Positions 17,322 to 26,387 of a DNA stretch of 62,051 bases are shown piece by piece. Origin of the DNA: a virus (lineage: Duplodnaviria; Caudoviricetes); IMG/VR virus record IMGVR_UViG_3300020220_000046, positions 1 through 62,051 of that record, one strand, 5' to 3'. A program made the position numbers and the translations under genes. How positions within the stretch are numbered: position 1 is the stretch's first letter; every line of letters starts with the position of its first letter. The notes beneath the pieces were generated by a model. It had not been told where the DNA came from and did not search any database. It saw only the letters and a list, made by a program, of their open reading frames with translations.

Positions 17322-18602
17322 CTAATACTTTTTTTTTTCTTCCTCTGGAGTCTCCGTTGGAAGTTGTGTTTCTTCTATTTCAGGTGTATCTATTGGGGAA
17401 ATCTCAACTGTTAATGGTTCGGATATTGGGGTTGGTTCCCCAATTATTTCCGGTTGGGGTTCTTCAATAATTGGCGTTGGGGTTAGTTCAGGAATAATAC
17501 CTTTTAATGCCCTATCTAACTCTTCGGTGTAATCAAAACCATATGGTTTTTCTTCATCAACTTCTTCGGTTTGGATTACCTCGGGTTCTACCATTGGAAG
17601 TGGTTCGTCTTGTGTGATTGGTGTTACTTCTTGAATTGTACTTTCAGGTTCCTCAATTACTTCAGGATTTACCCTATCTGTCTCTATAACTTGTATCACC
17701 TCAATTTGGGATGTTGGTGTGTTTTCAGGTATTGATATCTCTGTTGGTGTTTCAATAGTTGGTTCGGGTGATTTAATTTCTATTATTGGTAAACCATCTT
17801 CCTCTTCTTCTACCAAATCAAATTTTCTTTCCCATTCATCCATAAACATTAGTCTGATTTCTTCGTCAGAAAGAGCTGGCGTTATCGGTTCTTGTTTTAA
17901 TTTGTCAAGAATCTCCTTAGATAGTTCTGTCTTTTCTTCAATTTTTTCTTTATGTTGTTCTGCCGCCCTTACAAGATTATCGTTTGGCGTTGGTCTATTA
18001 TTTAAAATTTTTTCAAGAGTTTCTAGGTCCCTATCACTTAATCTAATTCTTGAAACTTCACCAACAATATCTTTTGCTTCGACTACAGGAGTTTCTTCCT
18101 TCTTCTCTTCTTCAATTACGTCATTTATTTTCAACCTATCTTCTTCTGTGAATTTAACTAACAAATGAAGAAACGACAGGGAAATGATTGGTAACATACC
18201 TCCAGCAAAAAAGGCAAGGAAACGTTTGTGTCCGACTAAGTCAGTTGGTTCCACCCCTAAAATTTCAAGAAGTGGAGAAACCAATTCGACCCACGACATA
18301 AATAATGGAGTTGTTATGTCAATATAAGAATAGGAAAAGTATATATTACCAATAAATTGGACCAAAGTAACAATCCCAAATGGAAAGTAAATTTTTCTTC
18401 CCATGTTTGCCGAGATTGCCGCAAGTGCAGATAATGCCGCAATTTCCACACCAATAGAAAGATACACCGCCCATGTTATAGGGTTAGATATACCATACCA
18501 TTTTGTTACGTGGGAAATAGAAACAACCGCAACCGTTATAATCGGAACAACAAACGCCGATATGATAATGGTTTTATAATTCCTATTAATCCAATTCTTC
18601 AT
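17322..18602 (-). CDS. Multi-TM membrane protein with a long Glu/Pro/Thr-rich C-terminal tail; possible -1 frameshift extension to 17128
   Basis: About four N-terminal hydrophobic segments, then a low-complexity acidic tail ending on an A10G run. Confidence 0.8.
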   Translation of the reverse strand: MKNWINRNYKTIIISAFVVPIITVAVVSISHVTKWYGISNPITWAVYLSIGVEIAALSALAAISANMGRKIYFPFGIVTLVQFIGNIYFSYSYIDITTPLFMSWVELVSPLLEILGVEPTDLVGHKRFLAFFAGGMLPIISLSFLHLLVKFTEEDRLKINDVIEEEKKEETPVVEAKDIVGEVSRIRLSDRDLETLEKILNNRPTPNDNLVRAAEQHKEKIEEKTELSKEILDKLKQEPITPALSDEEIRLMFMDEWERKFDLVEEEEDGLPIIEIKSPEPTIETPTEISIPENTPTSQIEVIQVIETDRVNPEVIEEPESTIQEVTPITQDEPLPMVEPEVIQTEEVDEEKPYGFDYTEELDRALKGIIPELTPTPIIEEPQPEIIGEPTPISEPLTVEISPIDTPEIEETQLPTETPEEEKKKY

Positions 18603-18886
18603 TAAAACTTAGATTCCAATAAATTTATCTGTTCGTCTATCTCAGTTTGTCTTTGTACATCGAGCATTTTTCTATCAGTTGCCTGAATCATTCTCTTCTC
18701 CGACTTTAACCCTTCAACTTGTAAACGAATATCTAATTGTGTCTTATTATATGTTGACTCCCTAATTGTCTGGACTTCTTTTCTCAATTTGGTAAGTTCT
18801 CTTGAGTCACCGCAACTCTTGAATAGAGTCAATACTGCAATGACAAAGACTATTACAACGAAATTATTTTCAACAAACTTTTTCAT
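18602..18886 (-). CDS. Small secreted/lipoprotein-like coiled-coil protein
   Basis: MKK, a hydrophobic stretch, then LFKSC. TAATG-coupled to the membrane protein gene. Confidence 0.6.
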   Translation of the reverse strand: MKKFVENNFVVIVFVIAVLTLFKSCGDSRELTKLRKEVQTIRESTYNKTQLDIRLQVEGLKSEKRMIQATDRKMLDVQRQTEIDEQINLLESKF

Positions 18887-18897
18887 ATTTTTTTAAT

Positions 18898-19707
18898 TTA
18901 TAAATAGTTTAATAATCCATAACTATCGTTTCTTAGTTTTTTCAGGGCCTTGTCACGTAGTTGTCGGATTCGTTCTTTGGTGCACCCAAACTCCTCGCCT
19001 AAGTCCTCTAAATTCATTTCTACACCACTTAATCCATAAGACCTATCGATGATTACCTTTTCCCTATCGTCAAGTATGGACAACATTATGTCCACTCTTT
19101 TTTTGACTTCATCGGGATTGTTAAGAAACGATTCGGGGTCGTCAGCGTCTTTATTAATGATAATATCAATTAACGTATCACCCTCTTCATTTATCTCATC
19201 ACTTAGATTTACGCAATGTGGTAAAATGATTTCAGAACCTTTATCTTCATAGTTGATGAAGAATTGGTCATCGGGTTTTGGTTCGTTCTTTATTTTCTTC
19301 TGATTCTCTTGAATGATGTTTGATGGGAGTCGAATCATTCGGGCATTATCATTTAATGATGACATGATTGACTGCTTCACCCACCATACGGCATACGAAA
19401 TAAATTTATACCCACTTTTAGGGTCAAATCTTTCAGCCGCTTTTATCAGACCAATGTTACCTTCAGAAATCAAATCAAGTATATCCATACCCTGATTTTG
19501 ATATAATTTGGCGACGGAGATTACGAATCGTAAGTTTCCTACCACCAATTCGTCTAATAATTTTTGTTTCTCAAACTTAGACAGGACAACACTTTTAAGT
19601 GATGTGAAGATTTCTTCTTGTCTTTCGTGAGTGATTACTTTGATTTTGCGGATATCCTTAATGTACTTTTGGATTTCCTCTGTGTTGATTAAACTAAATT
19701 TGCTCAT
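18898..19707 (-). CDS. RNA polymerase sigma70-family factor (RpoD/RpoS-like, no region 1.1)
   Basis: NLRFVISVAK.YQNQG..DLISEGNIGLIKAAERFD...KFISYAVWW and region 4 TKERIRQLRDKALKKLR. Confidence 0.95.
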   Translation of the reverse strand: MSKFSLINTEEIQKYIKDIRKIKVITHERQEEIFTSLKSVVLSKFEKQKLLDELVVGNLRFVISVAKLYQNQGMDILDLISEGNIGLIKAAERFDPKSGYKFISYAVWWVKQSIMSSLNDNARMIRLPSNIIQENQKKIKNEPKPDDQFFINYEDKGSEIILPHCVNLSDEINEEGDTLIDIIINKDADDPESFLNNPDEVKKRVDIMLSILDDREKVIIDRSYGLSGVEMNLEDLGEEFGCTKERIRQLRDKALKKLRNDSYGLLNYL

Positions 19708-19750
19708 GTAAATAGTTGTTCGCTTGACCTTTTAAGGTAACGAAAGTATT

Positions 19751-20215
19751 TTAATTTTCAAAATTATCCAAGAACTTTTTTTCGTCTTCTGTGAGACTTT
19801 CTATGCCACTTTGTTCGATTTTTTCCAATATGACATCCAAATCTAAGCCACTTGTGGTAACTCTGTTTTCTGAAGTAGTTGTTTTTTCATACTCCACACG
19901 TAATGATGTGTGCTCATCAAATGGTTTAAATATGAAATCCTTCATTTGTACAGGTAGGTTAGCACTATAAATGGAGTCCCTTTCAAATAGGAAGTAAAAC
20001 TTCACAACGTCATTTGTCATAACGCTGTGAAGGTTTTCCGATAACTCTTTTCTTTGTAAATCAGATTCAAATATAATAATGATATTTTTATCGTTTTCAA
20101 CGACGTATCTAACCGCCTTGACCGCTCTACAACCACCTATGACCTCCAAACAGAAGTATTCAATGTCTTCGTGGTCTTCAAATGTCCCATAAAGAAACAA
20201 TAAAAATGTCTTCAT
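19751..20215 (-). CDS. Hypothetical protein with a DUF6576-like C-terminus
   Basis: LDVILEKIEQSGIESLTEDEKKFL. Confidence 0.6.
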   Translation of the reverse strand: MKTFLLFLYGTFEDHEDIEYFCLEVIGGCRAVKAVRYVVENDKNIIIIFESDLQRKELSENLHSVMTNDVVKFYFLFERDSIYSANLPVQMKDFIFKPFDEHTSLRVEYEKTTTSENRVTTSGLDLDVILEKIEQSGIESLTEDEKKFLDNFEN

Positions 20216-20216
20216 A

Positions 20217-20633
20217 TTATCTAATTAGGGTTAGTACACCTAATCCTAAAATTAATGCGCCGCCAACAAAACTTTTGAACTTACTTTTTACCTTTTCTTT
20301 CTTTAGTTTTAGTTCAACTGACTTTGTATATTTATCAAGTGTACTAAACTTCTCTTCGTGTGCAACGATAATGGTTTTGTAGATTTCTTCCTTCTTTTGC
20401 ATCGTAACAATTACACTATCCTTCAATGAAACTTTTTGTTCCAATTTACCAACCTGTTCATTAACGAGTTTTAATTCTGCTTTCGCGGAGTCTCCTTTAA
20501 TCAAATCCTGTGCAATCTGTCTAAATGTTGAAACCGGTAAACACTTTACAGGTGTTTTATTACTTGTATCTGTTTGCGAAAAAGCTGTCAAGCTCAGGTT
20601 CAGTAAAATTGCTAGCGCGAATAATCTTTTCAT
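20217..20633 (-). CDS. Secreted coiled-coil protein with C-terminal TM segment (spanin-like candidate)
   Basis: Signal peptide MKRLFALAILLNLSLTAFS|Q, coiled coil, C-terminal FVGGALILGLGVLTL. Confidence 0.55.
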   Translation of the reverse strand: MKRLFALAILLNLSLTAFSQTDTSNKTPVKCLPVSTFRQIAQDLIKGDSAKAELKLVNEQVGKLEQKVSLKDSVIVTMQKKEEIYKTIIVAHEEKFSTLDKYTKSVELKLKKEKVKSKFKSFVGGALILGLGVLTLIR

Positions 20634-20964
20634 GGTAAATTTCTTTTACTATTGTTTTTTTTGCGTTTATCTTATCAATGTCTTTATCAACTTCATTGAT
20701 TTCTTCGTTTATTTTGTCAATCTTGTCATCTAAGATTTGTTGAGATTTGTGCACCTCAATAATCAAATTGTTAAGTGAGTCGATATCGGCTTTCGCTTGA
20801 GCCGACATGTTCATTTTTGGAGTAAGTACAAACATAATCCAGTATAAAATGAACAACCCAAATAACCCCATGAGTATGGTTTTATAATGTTGACCAATAA
20901 ACAACACAGAAGTTTCAAGGTTCTTTTTTGCGTTTTTGGACGCGGTTTTTACCTTTTGATTCAT
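20560..20964 (-). CDS. Single-TM coiled-coil protein (inner-membrane spanin-like candidate)
   Basis: TM segment ILMGLFGLFILYWIMFVL followed by a heptad region; overlaps the next gene by 74 nt. Confidence 0.55.
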   Translation of the reverse strand: MNQKVKTASKNAKKNLETSVLFIGQHYKTILMGLFGLFILYWIMFVLTPKMNMSAQAKADIDSLNNLIIEVHKSQQILDDKIDKINEEINEVDKDIDKINAKKTIVKEIYHEKIIRASNFTEPELDSFFANRYK

Positions 20965-21016
20965 ATAGTTATTTTACTATAAATATGATAAACATGGTTT
21001 ATTTTACCTCATAACC

Positions 21017-21691
21017 CTATTTCTTCTTCTTGATAATTTCATCAATGATACCGTAGGACAGTGCGTCCTCCGAGGATAACCAAAGGTCTCTGGAAGCATC
21101 ACTTTTAACTTGTTCAGAGGACTTATTACAATATGAACCGAGTAATTCGAATAGTGTTTCGTTTAACTTTTTCCATTCTACCATATCAATCTCCGCATCT
21201 TGAATGTTGCCTCTGAATCCACCAGAAGATTGGTGTAACATTGTTCGAGAAAATCTAAGAGAACATCTTTTCCCCTTAGTTCCCGCACCCAATAGGATTG
21301 AACCCATAGATGCTGCAATTCCTGTGTTAATAGTACGGATGTCTGAAATAACATATTCCATTACGTCCACCATTGAAAGTCCGGATTTTACGGAACCACC
21401 GAGAGAATCGATGTGCATTGTGATATCATTACCATCCAAGCTATCCAAAAACATAAGTTGAGCTTGAACCACTGTTGACATTGAGTCGTTAATCTCTCCT
21501 GCCACCCAAATAATTCTTTCCATCATCAAACGTGAGAATACATCCATCACAGTAACATTCATACTTCTTTCTTCAAGAATGTATGGGGTCATACTACTCT
21601 CTATTCGTTGATTATGGTAGTGTAGGTTGAGTCCACTAATCCCTTTATCCTTTGCGTACAATTTGAAATCTTGATAATCTTTTGATGTCAT
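21017..21691 (-). CDS. clpP: ATP-dependent Clp protease proteolytic subunit
   Basis: DVFSRLMMERII, AQLMFL, AASMGS (catalytic Ser), MLHQ (His), RDLWLS (Asp), YGIID. Start placed at MTSKD (21691; 21709 is possible) because the track start overlaps the promoter motif. Confidence 0.93.
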   Translation of the reverse strand: MTSKDYQDFKLYAKDKGISGLNLHYHNQRIESSMTPYILEERSMNVTVMDVFSRLMMERIIWVAGEINDSMSTVVQAQLMFLDSLDGNDITMHIDSLGGSVKSGLSMVDVMEYVISDIRTINTGIAASMGSILLGAGTKGKRCSLRFSRTMLHQSSGGFRGNIQDAEIDMVEWKKLNETLFELLGSYCNKSSEQVKSDASRDLWLSSEDALSYGIIDEIIKKKK

Positions 21692-21714
21692 ATCTTTTAT
21701 GTTTATCATATTAA

Positions 21715-21722
21715 CAAATATA
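21715..21722 (-). promoter_or_regulatory. Bacteroidota-type -7 promoter element TATATTTG
   Basis: Exact match to TAnnTTTG upstream of clpP. Confidence 0.5.
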
Positions 21723-21749
21723 ACCAAATTGTTCCAAAAAACAAAATGG

Positions 21750-24092
21750 TTAGGAAATTCCCTTGGTTATAAAGTCGACAGATGAAACGTTGTCTTCTTT
21801 CTTAACCATAATAATGTTATCTGACCAGTTACGGATTAAAGAATTGTGTGAGATTACAAAAATATGGTCGAAATAAATTTTTATTTTCTTAAAGAGTTCC
21901 CCAACCATTTCTAAGTTCTCGTCGGCAATCTTACCAAATACTTCGTCCATAACCACTATATTTGGTTTAGGCAATGAAGAGATTTTGGTTAACACACTTC
22001 TAAGTGCTAGTGACGATATTGTTCTTTCATACCCCGAACCCGAAGCAAGTGGTTTTACTACTCTTGTTCCCGAATCAATCATAATAAACTCAACCTCATT
22101 CTTATCGTTCACATTTAATTCTAAAATGAAATGACAACTATCAACTAATAATCTGTATAACTCTTGATTTATAAGTGGTACCATGTTTTTCAAAATAACT
22201 TTAGAGATACCGTTCTTTCCAAAGATGGTCAAGTATATTTTGAAAATGGATTGGGTTTCGTTCTCTACTTTAATTTTCTTTATTAAGTCCTGATTTATTT
22301 TTATTTTTTCGTTCAGGAGATTAATATTATTTCGTAACCTTTCTATTGTACTATTATTAACTCTGATGTTTGCATTAGCAGTTTCGATTTGAGTTCTCAA
22401 CGCAATAAGTTCAGCATCGATTTTTATATTTTCATCTAATTTCTGCTTATTGCGGTCATAGTTACTGAGTTTGACTTGTAGTTTATCAATTTCATTTTGT
22501 TTCTGTTCCGACTCCAATTCATATTTTGCTTTTCTTAACTTGTTCTTTTCGTAATCGTCGTATTCTTTTTTAAGAATTGAAAATTGTCTTTCTTTTTCTG
22601 TAACCTCTGCTAACTTTTTTTCATTCTCTATCTTAATTTTTTTAAGTTTCTCAATCCCTTCCTTAATCTTATTGATTTCCTCTGTATGGTCAACTTGGTC
22701 TAATGCTCTGTTACATGTTGGACAAATGGAACCCTTTTCTAATTGTTCAACTAAGTTTTCCTGTCTCTTTATTGTATCATTATTAACCCTAACCTCAACA
22801 ATTACTCCGTTAACTTCGGAGTTTATTTTGTCATGTTCGTCTTCAAGATAATATTGTGATGGTTCTTTAACCTCTACCAATTTAGCATTATCTAAAGAAA
22901 GGTTCTTAGATTTAGTTAAATCATTAATATCCCTATTTATTTGGTCGGGATTTGTTTTAATCAGTTCTTGGTCAATGTCGTTGTTTCTTCTTCTTAATGC
23001 GTCTTCCTTTTTTAATTCAAGCGTACCAAGTGTTTTCTCATTCTCCCACAATTCATTCTGTTGTTTCTTTATTTCATCATCAGATGTTACAATTTGTTGG
23101 TGGAAATCTTCAATGTCAGACTCAAGCTGAATTATATTGTGTTGATTAGATATTAATTTCTTACTCCACTCGGATTGAATATTTTTACAAATTTCTTCCT
23201 TTTCTTTTAGGTTTTCCAACCCTAAGAACTTTGTTAGAATCTGACCTCTCTCTGTTGGTTTTGATTCAATTAGTTGTTCTAAATTATAACTAGTGGTAAG
23301 AATAGTAGATAAAAAATCTTCTTCAGTTCCAATTGCAGATTTAATAAAAGCTTCGGTTTCTTTTCTTTGTTCACCATTTAAGTTATGTGAATTACCATCC
23401 GAATCTATCTTATAAAACTCTAATGGATTTGTATATGTGTATTCACCACTTCTTCCCTTTTTTCTCTCCGCGTTTCTTTCAATAATATACTCTTCGTTAT
23501 CTATGGTCATATAACCTTTAACAAAGACATTATCAATATTGGTGAATCTATTAAAAACTTCAGAAATGGTTTTTGTTTTAGTTGTCTTATTAAAAAATAA
23601 GAACATCAATAGGTCAACGGTTGCGGTAGATTTACCACCAAAGTTTTTAGGTGTTGATTCAACTACAGTGATACCGGGTAAATCGGTAAAATCAATTGAA
23701 TTGTCTTGAGCATATGAAAGAAAGTTTGAGAATTCTACTTTTTTTATATACCACTTGTTATACTTTACCTTGGTTCCTGACCTTTGAACTAAAATTTCAT
23801 TTACTTTATTATCCAATCTATCAATAGACCCCCATTTGGTATCAATCTGATTTTCCTTAATAAAATCTTTTATCAAACTTTTCTGATATTCCAAATCGGA
23901 TATGTTATCAGAAATGTCCAATGACTTCAACCTAGTTTGTTCCGTATTGGATACAACTTTTGTTACTATTTGAACATACTTTGTGTTAAATTTCTTTTGG
24001 AAATATGTTTTTACACGACTTATTTTTTCAGCGGTGAAATTCTCTGGGGTGTCCTGCCAAGTCACCTTTATGTAAGGATTAATATAAGACAT
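21750..24092 (-). CDS. sbcC: SbcC/Rad50/gp46-like SMC ATPase with an N-terminal extension
   Basis: IKKVEFSNFLSY, Walker A NFGGKST, coiled coil with Zn-hook CPTC, signature variant SGSGYE, Walker B VMDEVFG, VISH. Confidence 0.9.
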   Translation of the reverse strand: MSYINPYIKVTWQDTPENFTAEKISRVKTYFQKKFNTKYVQIVTKVVSNTEQTRLKSLDISDNISDLEYQKSLIKDFIKENQIDTKWGSIDRLDNKVNEILVQRSGTKVKYNKWYIKKVEFSNFLSYAQDNSIDFTDLPGITVVESTPKNFGGKSTATVDLLMFLFFNKTTKTKTISEVFNRFTNIDNVFVKGYMTIDNEEYIIERNAERKKGRSGEYTYTNPLEFYKIDSDGNSHNLNGEQRKETEAFIKSAIGTEEDFLSTILTTSYNLEQLIESKPTERGQILTKFLGLENLKEKEEICKNIQSEWSKKLISNQHNIIQLESDIEDFHQQIVTSDDEIKKQQNELWENEKTLGTLELKKEDALRRRNNDIDQELIKTNPDQINRDINDLTKSKNLSLDNAKLVEVKEPSQYYLEDEHDKINSEVNGVIVEVRVNNDTIKRQENLVEQLEKGSICPTCNRALDQVDHTEEINKIKEGIEKLKKIKIENEKKLAEVTEKERQFSILKKEYDDYEKNKLRKAKYELESEQKQNEIDKLQVKLSNYDRNKQKLDENIKIDAELIALRTQIETANANIRVNNSTIERLRNNINLLNEKIKINQDLIKKIKVENETQSIFKIYLTIFGKNGISKVILKNMVPLINQELYRLLVDSCHFILELNVNDKNEVEFIMIDSGTRVVKPLASGSGYERTISSLALRSVLTKISSLPKPNIVVMDEVFGKIADENLEMVGELFKKIKIYFDHIFVISHNSLIRNWSDNIIMVKKEDNVSSVDFITKGIS

Positions 24093-24100
24093 CTACTTTT

Positions 24101-24604
24101 TTACTTTTGTAACACCCATTTTCCATTTTCAAAATCATAGGTATCAACATCGGTTTTTTTGAAGGACATCCAATTCTCAACTTCATCATTGTTGTTTGCC
24201 TTAAACGTTGACCAAATGATTTTACTCTTGTTCTTGATTGTTGTTGGTTTGATTACTATTGCTTGCGTAAAATCTTTGTTTGTTCTAATGAATATATGTT
24301 TCTTTTTGTTTGGTACATACGATTCGTTTACATTATCATACCAATACTTTGTTTTTCTAATAGGAATATTAATAGTTTCAAATCCAAGATTACTGATTAA
24401 AGAATATTTTTTATTTGTCCAAAAATCTCCCTCCCATCCACCGGCTTCCATTTCAGCTCCAAAGTCCGAATTATCACAACTAATTAAATCGATTGCAAAC
24501 TTGTTTGGATGTGAGATGAAAGCATATCCCATGTTTTCTTTTATAAATTTAATTCCAAATTCTCTAACAGGTGTGTCATCATAATTTCTTTTAATAAATG
24601 CCAT
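24101..24604 (-). CDS. Hypothetical protein, possible PD-(D/E)xK nuclease fold
   Basis: AIDLI...GAEME spacing resembles a D...ExE catalytic motif. Confidence 0.4.
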   Translation of the reverse strand: MAFIKRNYDDTPVREFGIKFIKENMGYAFISHPNKFAIDLISCDNSDFGAEMEAGGWEGDFWTNKKYSLISNLGFETINIPIRKTKYWYDNVNESYVPNKKKHIFIRTNKDFTQAIVIKPTTIKNKSKIIWSTFKANNNDEVENWMSFKKTDVDTYDFENGKWVLQK

Positions 24605-24638
24605 TAATAATTAATTGAAAAAATCCACCATAGGTGGT

Positions 24639-24950
24639 TTATTTGAGTCTGCCTTCCTCGAAGAACTCAATTATGGAGTTAATTGCCCAAACTATACCGG
24701 CAGTAAACATACCATCAAAGAATATAGAGAAAATCCAGTGAATGTCAAGTATTGCAGTTGCTAAACCTCCAAACATAATTGACATAAAAAATCCAACCCA
24801 TGTGGATGTGCAAAGCGTACAACTAACTAAGTCTCCCAAAAATTTTGATTTTGACTTAATCCATACTCTTTGCTTTTCAAAAATAGTGCCCCATACAATA
24901 ATTGAGGACATTCCATATGCAATGAACGCCCATAACATTAGTTTTTCCAT
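24639..24950 (-). CDS. DUF1360-like membrane protein
   Basis: IFEKQR...LGDLVSCTLCTSTWVG (CxxCxSxW). Start moved to MEKLM, downstream of TATTTAT at 24971-24977. Confidence 0.65.
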   Translation of the reverse strand: MEKLMLWAFIAYGMSSIIVWGTIFEKQRVWIKSKSKFLGDLVSCTLCTSTWVGFFMSIMFGGLATAILDIHWIFSIFFDGMFTAGIVWAINSIIEFFEEGRLK

Positions 24951-24997
24951 AGAAATATATTTTATAAAATATAAATAAACTAAATGAAAAAAACAAA

Positions 24998-25603
24998 TCA
25001 ATCGTCATATAATGATGACATGTTACTATTTTTCATCATCTTTCCTTTTCGACCAACCCCACCAATTGACTTTGTAATTGTGTCAATTTTTTCTTTTAGT
25101 TTTATGTTTTCTTCTCTAAGTGAGTTAATCTCATCTGTGTTGATAACCTCTTTAATTACCTCTACAGGAACTTGTACTTCTTTGATTATTTCTATCGGCA
25201 CTTCGACCTTAACTTCTTTTATAACCTCTTTGGTTATAATTTGAGTTTTGCCTTTAATTTCAATAGGAACCTCTTTAATCACTTCTACCGGTACCTCTAT
25301 TCTAATTTCTTTAATGGTCTCAACCGGAACTTCTTTTATAACTTCTTTAATAACTTCAACAGGTACTTCTACTTTTTTTTCTATAATCTTTTCAACTTCT
25401 TTTATTATTTCCTTCTCAACAATGATTTCCTTTTCAATTATTTTAGTATCGGATTTTAATCCGCTTGGCGTTTCACCATACTTTAATAACGAAAACCCCC
25501 TTTCAAATAGTTGTTTGGCTAATTTATCTGGGTCGGAAATATTATTTAACTCACAGTACTGGGTGAATTCTTTATCTAATGTTAAGGAGGTTTTCTTCTT
25601 CAT
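24998..25603 (-). CDS. Protein with VEVPVEVIKE repeats and a coiled coil
   Basis: Repeated (K/E)VPVE(V/I)IKE units. Confidence 0.75.
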   Translation of the reverse strand: MKKKTSLTLDKEFTQYCELNNISDPDKLAKQLFERGFSLLKYGETPSGLKSDTKIIEKEIIVEKEIIKEVEKIIEKKVEVPVEVIKEVIKEVPVETIKEIRIEVPVEVIKEVPIEIKGKTQIITKEVIKEVKVEVPIEIIKEVQVPVEVIKEVINTDEINSLREENIKLKEKIDTITKSIGGVGRKGKMMKNSNMSSLYDD

Positions 25604-26387
25604 TTTCTATGTCTGCGATATCAGATATCGAGAAGTGTAAGAATGGTTGTTGGTTCTTTATGTCATATGTGGAATAATCACCACTACTAACATCATAAAT
25701 ACCATACCCATGATAGTTTACCGTTTCTCCAAAGTTTTGTTGTATAAAAGAACCAATCATAATTGCCTTTCCACCACCGGGTAAATCAAACATTTGTCGT
25801 TTGTGAATATCACCACATAGTAATAAATCTAAATCGACAAAATTTAATGGTGAAAACGCTGAATCAAATTCAAAACCTAAGTCGGTTGATAAACCTTGTA
25901 TAGGTCCGTGAAATAAACCTACATAGAACCCACCTTCTTTTGTGTATTCTGGTTTTTGATTGTGCTGATAGAGTGAGTAAACAACCCATTTAATATTATC
26001 ATCCTCATACACCCCACTATCCTTATAGTATTTTATTTCATCATGACTTAACAATTCTACAATTGGTGTTATACTATCTAATCGTTGTACGTTATTCTCT
26101 AAGAAGTCATGATTGCCGGGTATTATTATAACCCTACCAACATTATCTGCAAGTTCCTTAATGAACCAAGAGGTTAACACCATTTGTTCATTAGAAATAT
26201 TAATCTTTTGGTGTGCAATATCTCCAGCAATTACAACTCTAACTTCTTTATAATCATAATCAGATAATTTCTTTCTAACATCTTCTAAAAATAATTCAAA
26301 TTGTTTTTTGTACATCTCATGATACTGATATGTACGAATATGTAAATCGGCAATATGTATAATTTTCTTTATCATTTTTTCATACAT
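25572..26387 (-). CDS. sbcD: SbcD/Mre11/gp47-like metallophosphoesterase nuclease
   Basis: HIADLH, AGDIAH, PGNHD, LFHG, CGDIHK, GS..QQNFGE. Confidence 0.9.
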   Translation of the reverse strand: MYEKMIKKIIHIADLHIRTYQYHEMYKKQFELFLEDVRKKLSDYDYKEVRVVIAGDIAHQKINISNEQMVLTSWFIKELADNVGRVIIIPGNHDFLENNVQRLDSITPIVELLSHDEIKYYKDSGVYEDDNIKWVVYSLYQHNQKPEYTKEGGFYVGLFHGPIQGLSTDLGFEFDSAFSPLNFVDLDLLLCGDIHKRQMFDLPGGGKAIMIGSFIQQNFGETVNYHGYGIYDVSSGDYSTYDIKNQQPFLHFSISDIADIENEEENLLNIR

